Of a stretch of 64,000 nt of DNA, positions 40,701 through 54,800 are shown piece after piece. This DNA is from Lingula anatina. Lineage: Eukaryota > Animalia > Brachiopoda. The translations under genes were made by a program, and so were the position numbers. A model generated the notes under the pieces. That model was given only the letters and a program-made list of their open reading frames with translations. It was not told the origin of the DNA and did no database searches. The stretch spans positions 20,026,001-20,090,000 of the forward strand of contig CM120640.1 of the NCBI GenBank assembly GCA_051362555.1, read 5' to 3'. The number at the start of each line of letters is the position of its first letter. Positions within the stretch are counted from its first letter, which is position 1.

Positions 40701-43700
40701 GCTACAACATCAGCTGCTGACTCAGTTTCAGCTCAGTTCACTGCAGCAGTGACAGACAGTGGTCTCTTTACTGACTCTGCGGCTATTTCAGCTACTGGCA
40801 GTGTAAGTACTGCAACCTCTGATGTAACGTCAACCACAGCTGTATCATCCAGTGAGTCATCTTCCATACTGGCAAGTGCTACATCATCAGCTGCTGACTC
40901 AGTTTCAACTCAGTTCACTGCATCAGTGACAGGCAGTGGTCTTTCTACTGACTCTGCTGCTGTTTCAGCTACTGACATTGCAAGCAGTGCAACCTCTGAT
41001 GTAACGTCAACCACAGCTGTCACTACAGGAACAATATCTACCATAGCATCCACTGAGTCATCCTCCATACTGGCAAGTGCTACATCATCAGCTGCTGACT
41101 CAGTTTCAACTCAGTTCACTGCATCAGTGACAGACAGTGGTCTTTTTACTGACTCTGCTGCTGTTTCAGCTACTGACAGTGCAAGTACTGCAACCTCTGA
41201 TGTAACCTCAACCACAGCTGTAGAATCCAGTGAGTCATCCTCCATACTGGCAACTGCTACAACATCAGCTGCTGACTCAGTTTCAACTCAGTTCACAGCA
41301 GCATTGACAGACAGTGGTCTCTCTACTGATTCTGCTTCTCTATCAGCTACTGACAGTGCAAGTACTGCACCTTCTGATGTAACGTCAACCACAGTTGTCA
41401 CGACGGGAATAATATCTACCATAGCATCCAGTGAGTCATCCTCCAGACTGGCAAGTGCTACAACATCAGCTGCTGAATCAGTTTCAACTCAGTTCACTGC
41501 AGCAGTGACAGACAGTGGTCTTTCTTCAGAATCTGCTGCTGTTTCAGCTACTGACATTGCAAGTAGTGCAACATCTGATATAACGTCAACCACAGTTGTC
41601 ACTACAGGAACAATATCTACCATAGCATCCAGTGAGTCATCCTCCATACTGGCAAGTGCTACAACATCAGCTGCTGACTCAGTTTCAACTCAGTTTACTA
41701 CAGCAGTGACAGACAGTGGTCTCTCTACTGACTCTGCTGCTCTATCATCTTCTGACAGTGCAAGTACTGCAACTTCTGATGTAACGTCAACCACAGCTGT
41801 CACTACAGGAACAATATCTACCATAGCATCCACTGAGTCATCCTCCATACTGGCAAGAGCTACAACATCAGCTGCTGACTCAGTTTCAACTCAGTTCACT
41901 GCAGCTGTGACAGGCACTGGTTTCTCTACTAACTCTGCTGCTGTTTCAGCTACTGACATTGCAAGCAGTGCAACCTCTGATGTAACGTCAACCACAGCTG
42001 TCACTACAGGAACAATATCTACCATAGCATCCACTGAGTCAACCTCCATACTGGCAAGTGCTACAACATCAGCTGCTGACTCAGTTTCAGCTCAGTTCAC
42101 TGCAGCAGTGACAGACAGTGGTCTCTCTACTGACTCTGCTGCTGTTTCAGCTACTGACAGTGCAAGTACTGCAACCTCTGATGTAACGTCAACCACAGCT
42201 GTATCATCCAGTGAGTCATCCTCCATACTGGCAACTGCTACAACATCAGCTGCTGACTCAGTTTCAACTCAGTTCACAGCAGCATTGACAGACAGTGGTC
42301 TCTCTTCTCATTCTGCTGCTCTATCAGCTACTGACAGTGCAAGTACTGCAACTTCTGATGTAACGTCAACCACAGCTGTCACTGCGGGAACAATATCTAC
42401 CATAGCATCCAGTGAGTCATCCTCCATACTGGCAAGTGCTACAACATCAGCTGCTGACTCAGTTTCAACTCAGTTTACTGCATCAGTGACAGGCAGTGGT
42501 CTTTCTACTGACTCTGCTGCTGTTTCAGCTACTGACAGTGCAAGTACTGCAACCTCTGATGTAACGTCAACCACAGCTGTAGCATCCAGTGAGTCATCCT
42601 CCATACTGGCAAGTGCTACATCATCAGCTGCTGACTCAGTTACAGCTCAGTTCACTGCAGCAGTGACAGACAGTGGTCTCTCTACTGACTCTGCTGCTGT
42701 TTCAGCTACTGACAGTGCAAGTACTGCAACCTCTGATGTAACATCAACCACAGCTGTAGCATCCACTGAGTCATCCTCCATACTAGCAACTGCTACAACA
42801 TCAGCTGCTGACTCAGTTTCAACTCAGTTCACAGCAGCATTGACAGACAGTGGTCTCTCTACTGATTCTGCTGCTCTTACAGCTACTGACAGTGCAAGTA
42901 CTGCAACTTCTGATGTAAAGTCAACCACAGCTGTCACTACGGGAACAATATCTACCATAGCATCCACTGAGTCATCCTCAATACTGGCAAGTGCTACAAC
43001 ATCAGCTGCTGACTCAGTTTCAGCTCAGTTCACTGCAGCTGTGACAGACAGTGGTCTCTCTACTGACTCTGCTGCTGTTTCAGCTACCGTCAGTGTAAGT
43101 AGTGCAACATCTGATGTAACGTCAACCACAGCTGTCATTACGGGAACAATATCTACCATAACATCAAGTGAGTCATCTTCCATACTGGCAAGTGCTACAT
43201 CATCAGCTGCTGACTCAGTTTCAACTCGGTTCACTGCATCAGTGACAGACAGTGGTCTTTCTACTGACTCTGCGGCTGTTTCAGCTACTGACAATGCAAG
43301 TACTGCAACCTCTGATGTAACGTCAACCACAGCTGTAGAATCCAGTGAGTCATTCTCCATACTGGCAACTGCTACAACATCAGCTGCTGACTCAGTTTCA
43401 ACTCATTTCACAGCAGCATTGACAGACAGTGGACTCTTTACTGATTCTGCTGCTCTATCAGCTACTGACAGTGCAAGTACTGCAACTTCTGATGTAACGT
43501 TAACCACAGCTGTCACTTCGGGAACAATATCTACCATAGCATCCACTGAGTCATCCTCCATACTGGCAAGTGCTACAACATCAGCTGCTGACTCAGTTTC
43601 AGCTCAGTTCACTGCAGAAGTGACAGACAGTGGTCTCTCTACTGACTCTGCGGCTATTTCAGCTACTGACAGTGCAAGTACTGCAACCTCTGATGTAACG

Positions 43701-45866
43701 TCAACCACAGCTGTATCATCCAGTGAGTCATCCTCCATACTGGGAACTGCTACAACATCAGCTGCTGACTCAGTTTCAACTCAGTTCACAGCAGCATTGA
43801 CAGACAGTGGTCTCTCTACTGATTCTGCTGCTGTTTCAGCTACTGACATTGCAAGCAGTGCAACCTCTGATGTAACGTCAACCACAGCTGTCACTACAGG
43901 AACAATATCTACCATAGCATCCACTGAGTCATCCTCCATACTGGCAAGTGCTACAACATCAGCTGCTGACTCAGTTTCAGCTCAGTTCACTGCAGCAGTG
44001 ACACACAGTGGTCTCTCTACTGACTCTGCTGCTGTTTCAGCTACTGACATTGCAAGCAGTGCAACCTCTGATGTAACGTCAACCACAGCTGTCACTACAG
44101 GAACAATATCTACCATAGCATCCACTGAGTCATCCTCCATACATGCAAGTGCTACAACATCAGCTGCTGACTCAGTTTCAGCTCAGTTCACTGCAGCAGT
44201 GACAGACAGTGGTCTCTTTACTGATTCTGCTGCTCTATCAGCTACTGAAAGTGCAAGTACTGCAACTTCTGAAATAACGTTAACCACAGCTGTCCCTACG
44301 GGAACAATATCTACCATAGCATCCACTGAGTCATCCTCCATTGTGGCAAGTGCTACAACATCAGCTGCTGACTCAGTTTTAACTCAGTTCACTGCATTGG
44401 TCACAGACAGTGGTTTCTTTACTGACTCTGCTACTGTTACTGCTACTGATAGTACAAGTACTGCAACCTCTGATGTAACGTTAACCACAGCTGTAGCATC
44501 CACTGAGTCATCCTCCATACTGGCAAGTGCTACAACATCAGCTGCTGACTCAGTTTCAGCTCAGTTCACTGCAGCAGTGACAGACAGTGGTCTCTCTACT
44601 GACTCTGCTGCTGTTTCAGCTCCTGACAGTGCAAGTAGTGCAACATCTGATGTAACGTCAACCACAGCTGTCACTACGGGAACAATATCTACCATAACAT
44701 CAAGTGAGTCATCTTCCATACTGGCAAGTGCTACATCATCAGCTGCTGACTCAGTTTCAACTCAGTTCACTGCATCAGTGACAGACAGTGGTCTTTTTAC
44801 TGACTCTGCGGCTATTTCAGCTACTGGCAGTGTAAGTACTGCAACCTCTGATGTAACGTTAACCACAGCTGTATCATCCAGTGAGTCATCCTCCATACTG
44901 GCAACTGCTACAACATCAGCTGCTGACTCAGTTTCAACTCAGTTCACAGCAGCATTGACAGACAGTGGTCTCTTTCCTGATTCTGCTGCTCTATCAGCTA
45001 CTGACAGTGCAAGTACTGCAACTTCTGATGTAACGTTAACCACAGCTGTCCCTACGGGAACAATATCTACCATAACATCCACTGAGTCATCCTCCATACT
45101 AGCAAGTGCTACAACATCAGCTGCTGACTCAGTTTCAGCTCAGTTCACTGCAGCAGTGACAGACAGTGGTCTCTTTACTGACTCTGCGGCTATTTCAGCT
45201 ACTGGCAGTGTAAGTACTGCAACCTCTGATGTAACGTTAACCACAGCTGTATCATCCAGTGAGTCATCCTCCATACTGGGAACTGCTACAACATCAGCTG
45301 CTGACTCAGTTTCAACTCAGTTCACAGCAGCATTGACAGACAGTGGTCTCTTTCCTGATTCTGCTGCTCTATCAGCTACTGGCAGTTCAACTACTGGCAG
45401 TGCAACTTCTGATGTAACGTTAACCACAGCTGTCCCTACGGGAACAATATCTACCATAGCATCCACTGAGTCATCCTCCATACTGGCAAGTGCTACAACA
45501 TCAGCTGCTGACTCAGTTTCAACTCAGTTCACTGCAGCAGTGACAGACAATGGTCTCTCTACTGACTCTGCTGCTGTTTCAGCTTCTGACAGTGCAAGTA
45601 GTGCAACATCTGATGTAACGTCAACCACAGCTGTCACTACGGGAACAATATCTACCATAACATCAAGTGAGTCATCTTCCATACTGGCAAGTGCTACATC
45701 ATCAGCTGCTGACTCAGTTTCAACTCAGTTCACTGCATCAGTGACAGGCAGTGGTCTTTCTACTGACTCTGCTGCTGTTTCAGCTACTGACAGTGCAAGT
45801 AGTGCAACCTCTGATGTAACGTCAACCACAGCGGTCACTATGGGAACAATATCTACCATAACATGA
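16783..45866 (+). CDS. Giant exon, part 1: Ser/Thr/Ala-rich acidic mucin/proteoglycan-like tandem-repeat protein, up to the in-frame TGA
   Basis: 9670-aa ORF in the track. Its 'start' at 16854 is an internal GTG, and the frame extends back to the acceptor as xQIVQGTSATSSAADSVTAQF. Unit consensus TDSGLSTDSAAVSATDSASTATSDVTSTTAV[TTGTISTI]ASSESSSILASATTSAADSVSTQFTAAV. No frameshift in 29 kb. Confidence 0.88.
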
Positions 45867-48800
45867 AGTGAGTCATCTTCCATACTAGCAAGTGCTACAT
45901 CATCAGCTGCCGACTCAGTTTCAACTCAGTTCACAGCAGTATTGACAGACAGTGGTCTCTCTACTGATTCTGCTTCTCTATCAGCTACTGACAGTGCAAG
46001 TACTGCAACTTCTGATGTAACGTCAACCACAGTTGTCACGACGGGAACAATATCTACCATAGCATCCAGTGAGTCATCCTCCATACTGGCAAGTGCTACA
46101 ACATCAGCTGCTGAATCAGTTTCAACTCAGTTCACTGCAGCAGTGACAGACAGTGGTCTTTCTTCAGAATCTGCTGCTGTTTCAGCTACTGACATTGCAA
46201 GTAGTGCAACATCTGATATAACGTCAACCATAGTTGTCACTACAGGAACAATATCTACCATAGCATCCAGTGAGTCATCCTCTCTACTGGCAAGTGCTAC
46301 AACATCAGTTGCTGACTCAGTTTCAGCTCAGTTCACTGCAGCATTGACAGACAGTGGTCTCTCTACTGATTCTGCTGCTCTATCAGCTACTGACAGTGCA
46401 AGTACTGCAACCTCTGATGTAACGTCAACCACAGCTGTCACGACGGGAACAATATCTACCATAGCATCCAGTGAGTCATCCTCCATACTGGCAAGTGCTA
46501 CAACATCAGCTGCTGACTCAGTTTCAACTCAGTTTACTACAGCAGTGACAGACAGTGGTCTCTCTACTGACTCTGCTGCTGTTTCAGCTACTGACAGTGC
46601 AAGTACTGCAACCTCTGATGTAACGTCAACCACAGCTGTAGCATCCAGTGAGTCATCCTCCATACTGGCAACTGCTACAACATCAGCTGCTGACTCAGTT
46701 TCAACTCAGTTCACAACAGCATTGACAGACAGTGGTCTCTCTACTGATTCTGCTGCTCTATCAGCTACTGACAGTGCAAGTACTGCAACTTCTGATGTAA
46801 CATCAACCACAGCTGTCACTACGGGAACAATATCTACCATATCATCCAGTGAGTCATCCTCCATACTGACAAGTGCTACAACATCAGCTGCTGACTCAGT
46901 TTCAGCTCAGTTCACTGCAGAAGTGACAGACAGTGGTCTCTCTACTGACTCTGCGGCTATTTCAGCTACTGACAGTGCAAGTACTGCAACCTCTGATGTA
47001 ATGTCAACCACAGCTGTATCATCCAGTGAGTCATCCTCCATACTGGCAACTGCTACAACATCAGCTGCTGACTCAGTTTCAACTCAGTTCACAGCAGCAT
47101 TGACAGACAGTGGTCTCTCTACTGATTCTGCTGCTGTTTCAGCTACTGACATTGCAAGCAGTGCAACCTCTGATGTAACGTCAACCACAGCTGTCACTAC
47201 AGGAACAATATCTACCATAGCATCCAGTGAGTCATCCTCCATACTGGGAACTGCTACAACATCAGCTGCTGACTCAGTTTCAACTCAGTTCACAGCAGCA
47301 TTGACAGACAGTGGTCTCTCTACTGATTCTGCTGCTGTTTCAGCTACTGACATTGCAAGCAGTGCAACCTCTGATGTAACGTCAACCACAGCTGTCACTA
47401 CAGGAACAATATCTACCACAGCATCCAGTGAGTCATCCTCCATACTGGCAAGTGCTACAACATCAGCTGCTGACTCAGTTTCAGCTCAGTTCACTGCAGC
47501 AGTGACACACAGTGGTCTCTCTACTGACTCTGCTGCTGTTTCAGCTACTGACATTGCAAGCAGTGCAACCTCTGATGTAACGTCAACCACAGCTGTCACT
47601 ACAGGAACAATATCTACCATAGCATCCACTGAGTCATCCTCCATACAGGCAAGTGCTACAACATCAGCTGCTGACTCAGTTTCAGCTCAGTTCACTGCAG
47701 CAGTGACAGACAGTGGTCTCTTTACTGATTCTGCTGCTCTATCAGCTACTGACAGTGCAAGTACTGCAACTTCTGAAATAACGTTAACCACAGCTGTCCC
47801 TACGGGAACAATATCTACCATAGCATCCACTGAGTCATCCTCCATTGTGGCAAGTGCTACAACATCAGCTGCTGACTCAGTTTTAACTCAGTTCACTGCA
47901 TTGGTCACAGACAGTGGTTTCTTTACTGACTCTGCTACTGTTACTGCTACTGATAGTGCAAGTACTGCAACCTCTGATGTAACGTTAACCACAGCTGTAG
48001 CATCCACTGAGTCATCCTCCATACTGGCAAGTGCTACAACATCAGCTGCTGACTCAGTTTCAGCTCAGTTCACTGCAGCAGTGACAGACAGTGGTCTCTT
48101 TACTGACTCTGCGGCTATTTCAGCTACTGGCAGTGTAAGTACTGCAACCTCTGATGTAACGTCAACCACAGCTGTATCATCCAGTGAGTCATCCTCCATA
48201 CTGGCAACTGCTACAACATCAGCTGCTGACTCAGTTTCAACTCAGTTCACAGCAGCATTGACAGACAGTGGTCTCTCTACTGATTCTGCTTCTCTATCAG
48301 CTACTGACAGTGCAAGTACTGCAACTTCTGATGTAACGTCAACCACAGCTGTCACGACGGGAACAATATCTACCATAGCATCCACTGAGTCATCCTCCAT
48401 ACAGGCAAGTGCTACAACATCAGCTGCTGAATCAGTTTCAACTCAGTTCACTGCAGCATTGACAGACAGTGGTCTCTCTACTGATTCTGCTGCTCTATCA
48501 GCTACTGACAGTGCAAGTTCTGCAACTTCTGATGTAACGTCAACCACAGCTGTCACGACGGGAACAATATCTACCATAGCATCCACTGAGTCATCCTCCA
48601 TACAGGCAAGTGCTACAACATCAGCTGCTGACTCAGTTTCAGCTCAGTTCACTGCAGCAGTGACAGACAGTGGTCTCTCTACTGATTCTGCTGCTCTATC
48701 AGCTACTGACAGTGCAAGTACTGCAACTTCTGATGTAACGTCAACCACAGCTGTCTCGACGGGAACAATATCTACCATAGCATCCACTGAGTCATCCTCC

Positions 48801-51800
48801 ATTGTGGCAAGTGCTACAACATCAGCTGCTGACTCAGTTTCAAATCAGTTCACTGCAGTAGTGACAGACAGTGGTCTCTCTACTGACTCTGCGGCTATTT
48901 CAGTTACTGACAGTGCAAGTACTGCAACCTCTGATGTAACATCAACCACACCTGTATCATCCAGTGAGTCATCCTCCATACTGGCAACTGCTACAACATC
49001 AGCTGCTGACTTAGTTTCAACTCAGTTCACAGCAGCATTGACAGACAGTGGTCTCTCTTCTGATTCTGCTGCTCTATCAGCTACTGACAGTGCAAGTACT
49101 GCAACTTCTGATGTAACGTCAACCTCAGCTGTCACTACGGGAACAATATCTACCATAGCATCCAGTGAGTCATCCTCCATACTGGCAAGTGCTACAACAT
49201 CAGCTGCTGACTCAGTTTCAACTCAGTTCACTGCATCAGTGACAGGCAGTGGTCTTTCTACTGACTCTGCTGCTGTTTCAGCTACTGACATTGCAAGCAG
49301 TGCAACCTCTGATGTAACGTCAACCACAGCTGTCACTACAGGAACAATATCTACCATAGCATCCACTGAGTCATCCTCCATACTGGCAAGTGCTACATCA
49401 TCAGCTGCTGACTCAGTTTCAACTCAGTTCACTGCATCAGTGACAGACAGTGGTCTTTTTACTGACTCTGCTGCTGTTTCAGCTACTGACAGTGCAAGTA
49501 CTGCAACCTCTGATGTAACCTCAACCACAGCTGTAGAATCCAGTGAGTCATCCTCCATACTGGCAACTGCTACAACATCAGCTGCTGACTCAGTTTCAAC
49601 TCAGTTCACAGCAGCATTGACAGACAGTGGTCTCTCTACTGATTCTGCTTCTCTATCAGCTACTGACAGTGCAAGTACTGCACCTTCTGATGTAACGTCA
49701 ACCACAGTTGTCACGACGGGAATAATATCTACCATAGCATCCAGTGAGTCATCCTCCAGACTGGCAAGTGCTACAACATCAGCTGCTGAATCAGTTTCAA
49801 CTCAGTTCACTGCAGCAGTGACAGACAGTGGTCTTTCTTCAGAATCTGCTGCTGTTTCAGCTACTGACATTGCAAGTAGTGCAACATCTGATATAACGTC
49901 AACCACAGTTGTCACTACAGGAACAATATCTACCATAGCATCCAGTGAGTCATCCTCTCTACTGGCAAATGCTACAACATCAGTTGCTGACTCAGTTTCA
50001 GCTCAGTTCACTGCAGCATTGACAGACAGTGGTCTCTCTACTGATTCTGCTGCTCTATCAGCTACTGACAGTGGAAGTACTGCAACTTCTGATGTAACGT
50101 CAACCACAGCTGTCACGACGGGAACAATATCTACCATAGCATCCAGTGAGTCATCCTCCATACTGGCAAGTGCTACAACATCAGCTGCTGACTCAGTTTC
50201 AACTCAGTTTACTACAGCAGTGACAGACAGTGGTCTCTCTACTGACTCTGCTGCTCTATCATCTTCTGACAGTGCAAGTACTGCAACTTCTGATGTAACG
50301 TCAACCACAGCTGTCACTACAGGAACAATATCTACCATAGCATCCACTGAGTCATCCTCCATACTGGCAAGAGCTACAACATCAGCTGCTGACTCAGTTT
50401 CAACTCAGTTCACTGCAGCTGTGACAGGCACTGGTTTCTCTACTAACTCTGCTGCTGTTTCAGCTACTGACATTGCAAGCAGTGCAACCTCTGATGTAAC
50501 GTCAACCACAGCTGTCACTACAGGAACAATATCTACCATAGCATCCACTGAGTCAACCTCCATACTGGCAAGTGCTACAACATCAGCTGCTGACTCAGTT
50601 TCAGCTCAGTTCACTGCAGCAGTGACAGACAGTGGTCTCTCTACTGATTCTGCTGCTCTATCAGCTACTGACAGTGCAAGTACTGCAACTTCTGATGTAA
50701 CGTCAACCACAGCTGTCACGACGGGAACAATATCTACCATAGCATCCACTGAGTCATCCTCCATTGTGGCAAGTGCTACAACATCAGCTGCTGACTCAGT
50801 TTCAAATCAGTTCACTGCAGTAGTGACAGACAGTGGTCTCTCTACTGACTCTGCGGCTATTTCAGTTACTGACAGTGCAAGTACTGCAACCTCTGATGTA
50901 ACATCAACCACACCTGTATCATCCAGTGAGTCATCCTCCATACTGGCAACTGCTACAACATCAGCTGCTGACTTAGTTTCAACTCAGTTCACAGCAGCAT
51001 TGACAGACAGTGGTCTCTCTTCTGATTCTGCTGCTCTATCAGCTACTGACAGTGCAAGTACTGCAACTTCTGATGTAACGTCAACCTCAGCTGTCACTAC
51101 GGGAACAATATCTACCATAGCATCCAGTGAGTCATCCTCCATACTGGCAAGTGCTACAACATCAGCTGCTGACTCAGTTTCAACTCAGTTCACTGCATCA
51201 GTGACAGGCAGTGGTCTTTCTACTGACTCTGCTGCTGTTTCAGCTACTGACATTGCAAGCAGTGCAACCTCTGATGTAACGTCAACCACAGCTGTCACTA
51301 CAGGAACAATATCTACCATAGCATCCACTGAGTCATCCTCCATACTGGCAAGTGCTACATCATCAGCTGCTGACTCAGTTTCAACTCAGTTCACTGCATC
51401 AGTGACAGACAGTGGTCTTTTTACTGACTCTGCTGCTGTTTCAGCTACTGACAGTGCAAGTACTGCAACCTCTGATGTAACCTCAACCACAGCTGTAGAA
51501 TCCAGTGAGTCATCCTCCATACTGGCAACTGCTACAACATCAGCTGCTGACTCAGTTTCAACTCAGTTCACAGCAGCATTGACAGACAGTGGTCTCTCTA
51601 CTGATTCTGCTTCTCTATCAGCTACTGACAGTGCAAGTACTGCACCTTCTGATGTAACGTCAACCACAGTTGTCACGACGGGAATAATATCTACCATAGC
51701 ATCCAGTGAGTCATCCTCCAGACTGGCAAGTGCTACAACATCAGCTGCTGAATCAGTTTCAACTCAGTTCACTGCAGCAGTGACAGACAGTGGTCTTTCT

Positions 51801-54800
51801 TCAGAATCTGCTGCTGTTTCAGCTACTGACATTGCAAGTAGTGCAACATCTGATATAACGTCAACCACAGTTGTCACTACAGGAACAATATCTACCATAG
51901 CATCCAGTGAGTCATCCTCTCTACTGGCAAATGCTACAACATCAGTTGCTGACTCAGTTTCAGCTCAGTTCACTGCAGCATTGACAGACAGTGGTCTCTC
52001 TACTGATTCTGCTGCTCTATCAGCTACTGACAGTGGAAGTACTGCAACTTCTGATGTAACGTCAACCACAGCTGTCACGACGGGAACAATATCTACCATA
52101 GCATCCAGTGAGTCATCCTCCATACTGGCAAGTGCTACAACATCAGCTGCTGACTCAGTTTCAACTCAGTTTACTACAGCAGTGACAGACAGTGGTCTCT
52201 CTACTGACTCTGCTGCTCTATCATCTTCTGACAGTGCAAGTACTGCAACTTCTGATGTAACGTCAACCACAGCTGTCACTACAGGAACAATATCTACCAT
52301 AGCATCCACTGAGTCATCCTCCATACTGGCAAGAGCTACAACATCAGCTGCTGACTCAGTTTCAACTCAGTTCACTGCAGCTGTGACAGGCACTGGTTTC
52401 TCTACTAACTCTGCTGCTGTTTCAGCTACTGACATTGCAAGCAGTGCAACCTCTGATGTAACGTCAACCACAGCTGTCACTACAGGAACAATATCTACCA
52501 TAGCATCCACTGAGTCAACCTCCATACTGGCAAGTGCTACAACATCAGCTGCTGACTCAGTTTCAGCTCAGTTCACTGCAGCAGTGACAGACAGTGGTCT
52601 CTCTACTGACTCTGCTGCTGTTTCAGCTACTGACAGTGCAAGTACTGCAACCTCTGATGTAACGTCAACCACAGCTGTAGCATCCAGTGAGTCATCCTCC
52701 ATACTGGCAACTGCTACAACATCAGCTGCTGACTCAGTTTCAACTCAGTTCACAACAGCATTGACAGACAGTGGTCTCTCTACTGATTCTGCTGCTCTAT
52801 CAGCTACTGACAGTGCAAGTACTGCAACTTCTGATGTAACATCAACCACAGCTGTCACTACAGGAACAATATCTACCATATCATCCAGTGAGTCATCCTC
52901 CATACTGACAAGTGCTACAACATCACCTACAGACTCACTTTCAACTCAGTTCACAGCAGCATTGACAGACAGTGGTCTCCCTACTGACTCTGCTGCTGTT
53001 TCAGCTACTGACAGTGCAAGTACTGCAACCTCTGATGTAACGTCAACCACAGCTGTAGCATCCAGTGAGTCATCCTCCATACTGGCAACTGCTACAACAT
53101 CAGCTGCTGACTCAGTTTCAACTCAGTTCACAACAGCATTGACAGACAGTGGTCTCTCTACTGATTCTGCTGCTCTATCAGCTACTGACAGTGCAAGTAC
53201 TGCAACTTCTGATGTAACATCAACCACAGCTGTCACTACGGGAACAATATCTACCATAGCATCCAGTGAGTCATCCTCCATACTGACAAGTGCTACAACA
53301 TCACCTACTGACTCACTTTCAACTCAGTTCACAGCAGCATTGACAGACAGTGGTCTCTCTACTGACTCTGCTGCTGTTTCAGCTACGGACATTGCAAGTA
53401 GTGCAACATCTGATATAACGTCAACCACAGTTGTCACTACAGGAACAATATCTACCATAGCATCCACTGAGTCATCCTCCATACAGGCAAGTGCTACAAC
53501 ATCAGCTGCTGAATCAGTTTCAACTCAGTTCACTGCAGCATTGACAGACAGTGGTCTCTCTACTGATTCTGCTGCTCTATCAGCTACTGACAGTGCAAGT
53601 TCTGCAACTTCTGATGTAACGTCAACCACAGCTGTCACGACGGGAACAATATCTACCATAGCATCCACTGAGTCATCCTCCATACAGGCAAGTGCTACAA
53701 CATCAGCTGCTGACTCAGTTTCAGCTCAGTTCACTGCAGCAGTGACAGACAGTGGTCTCTCTACTGATTCTGCTGCTCTATCAGCTACTGACAGTGCAAG
53801 TACTGCAACTTCTGATGTAACGTCAACCACAGCTGTCACGACGGGAACAATATCTACCATAGCATCCACTGAGTCATCCTCCATTGTGGCAAGTGCTACA
53901 ACATCAGCTGCTGACTCAGTTTCAAATCAGTTCACTGCAGTAGTGACAGACAGTGGTCTCTCTACTGACTCTGCGGCTATTTCAGTTACTGACAGTGCAA
54001 GTACTGCAACCTCTGATGTAACATCAACCACACCTGTATCATCCAGTGAGTCATCCTCCATACTGGCAACTGCTACAACATCAGCTGCTGACTTAGTTTC
54101 AATTCAGTTCACTGCATCAGTGACAGGCAGTGGTCTTTCTACTGACTCTGCTGCTGTTTCAGCTACTGACATTGCAAGCAGTGCAACCTCTGATGTAACG
54201 TCAACCACAGCTGTCACTACAGGAACAATATCTACCATAGCATCCACTGAGTCATCCTCCATACTGGCAAGTGCTACATCATCAGCTGCTGACTCAGTTT
54301 CAACTCAGTTCACTGCATCAGTGACAGACAGTGGTCTTTTTACTGACTCTGCTGCTGTTTCAGCTACTGACAGTGCAAGTACTGCAACCTCTGATGTAAC
54401 CTCAACCACAGCTGTAGAATCCAGTGAGTCATCCTCCATACTGGCAACTGCTACAACATCAGCTGCTGACTCAGTTTCAACTCAGTTCACAGCAGCATTG
54501 ACAGACAGTGGTCTCTCTACTGATTCTGCTTCTCTATCAGCTACTGACAGTGCAAGTACTGCACCTTCTGATGTAACGTCAACCACAGTTGTCACGACGG
54601 GAATAATATCTACCATAGCATCCAGTGAGTCATCCTCCAGACTGGCAAGTGCTACAACATCAGCTGCTGAATCAGTTTCAACTCAGTTCACTGCAGCAGT
54701 GACAGACAGTGGTCTTTCTTCAGAATCTGCTGCTGTTTCAGCTACTGACATTGCAAGTAGTGCAACATCTGATATAACGTCAACCACAGTTGTCACTACA

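Noticed and set aside
17405-43360. Eight minus-strand ORFs (MEDDSLD...)
   Set aside because: Antisense shadows of the repeat frame. They appear only where CAG>CGG, CAT or ACA-CAG variants remove the usual antisense TGA, and they have no independent gene signals.
16854-45866. Bacterial serine-rich adhesin, ice-nucleation or antifreeze protein identity
   Set aside because: The flanks are intron- and microsatellite-rich with a splice acceptor. There is no strict short periodicity such as SASX, AGYGSTxT or regular TxT/AAT repeats.
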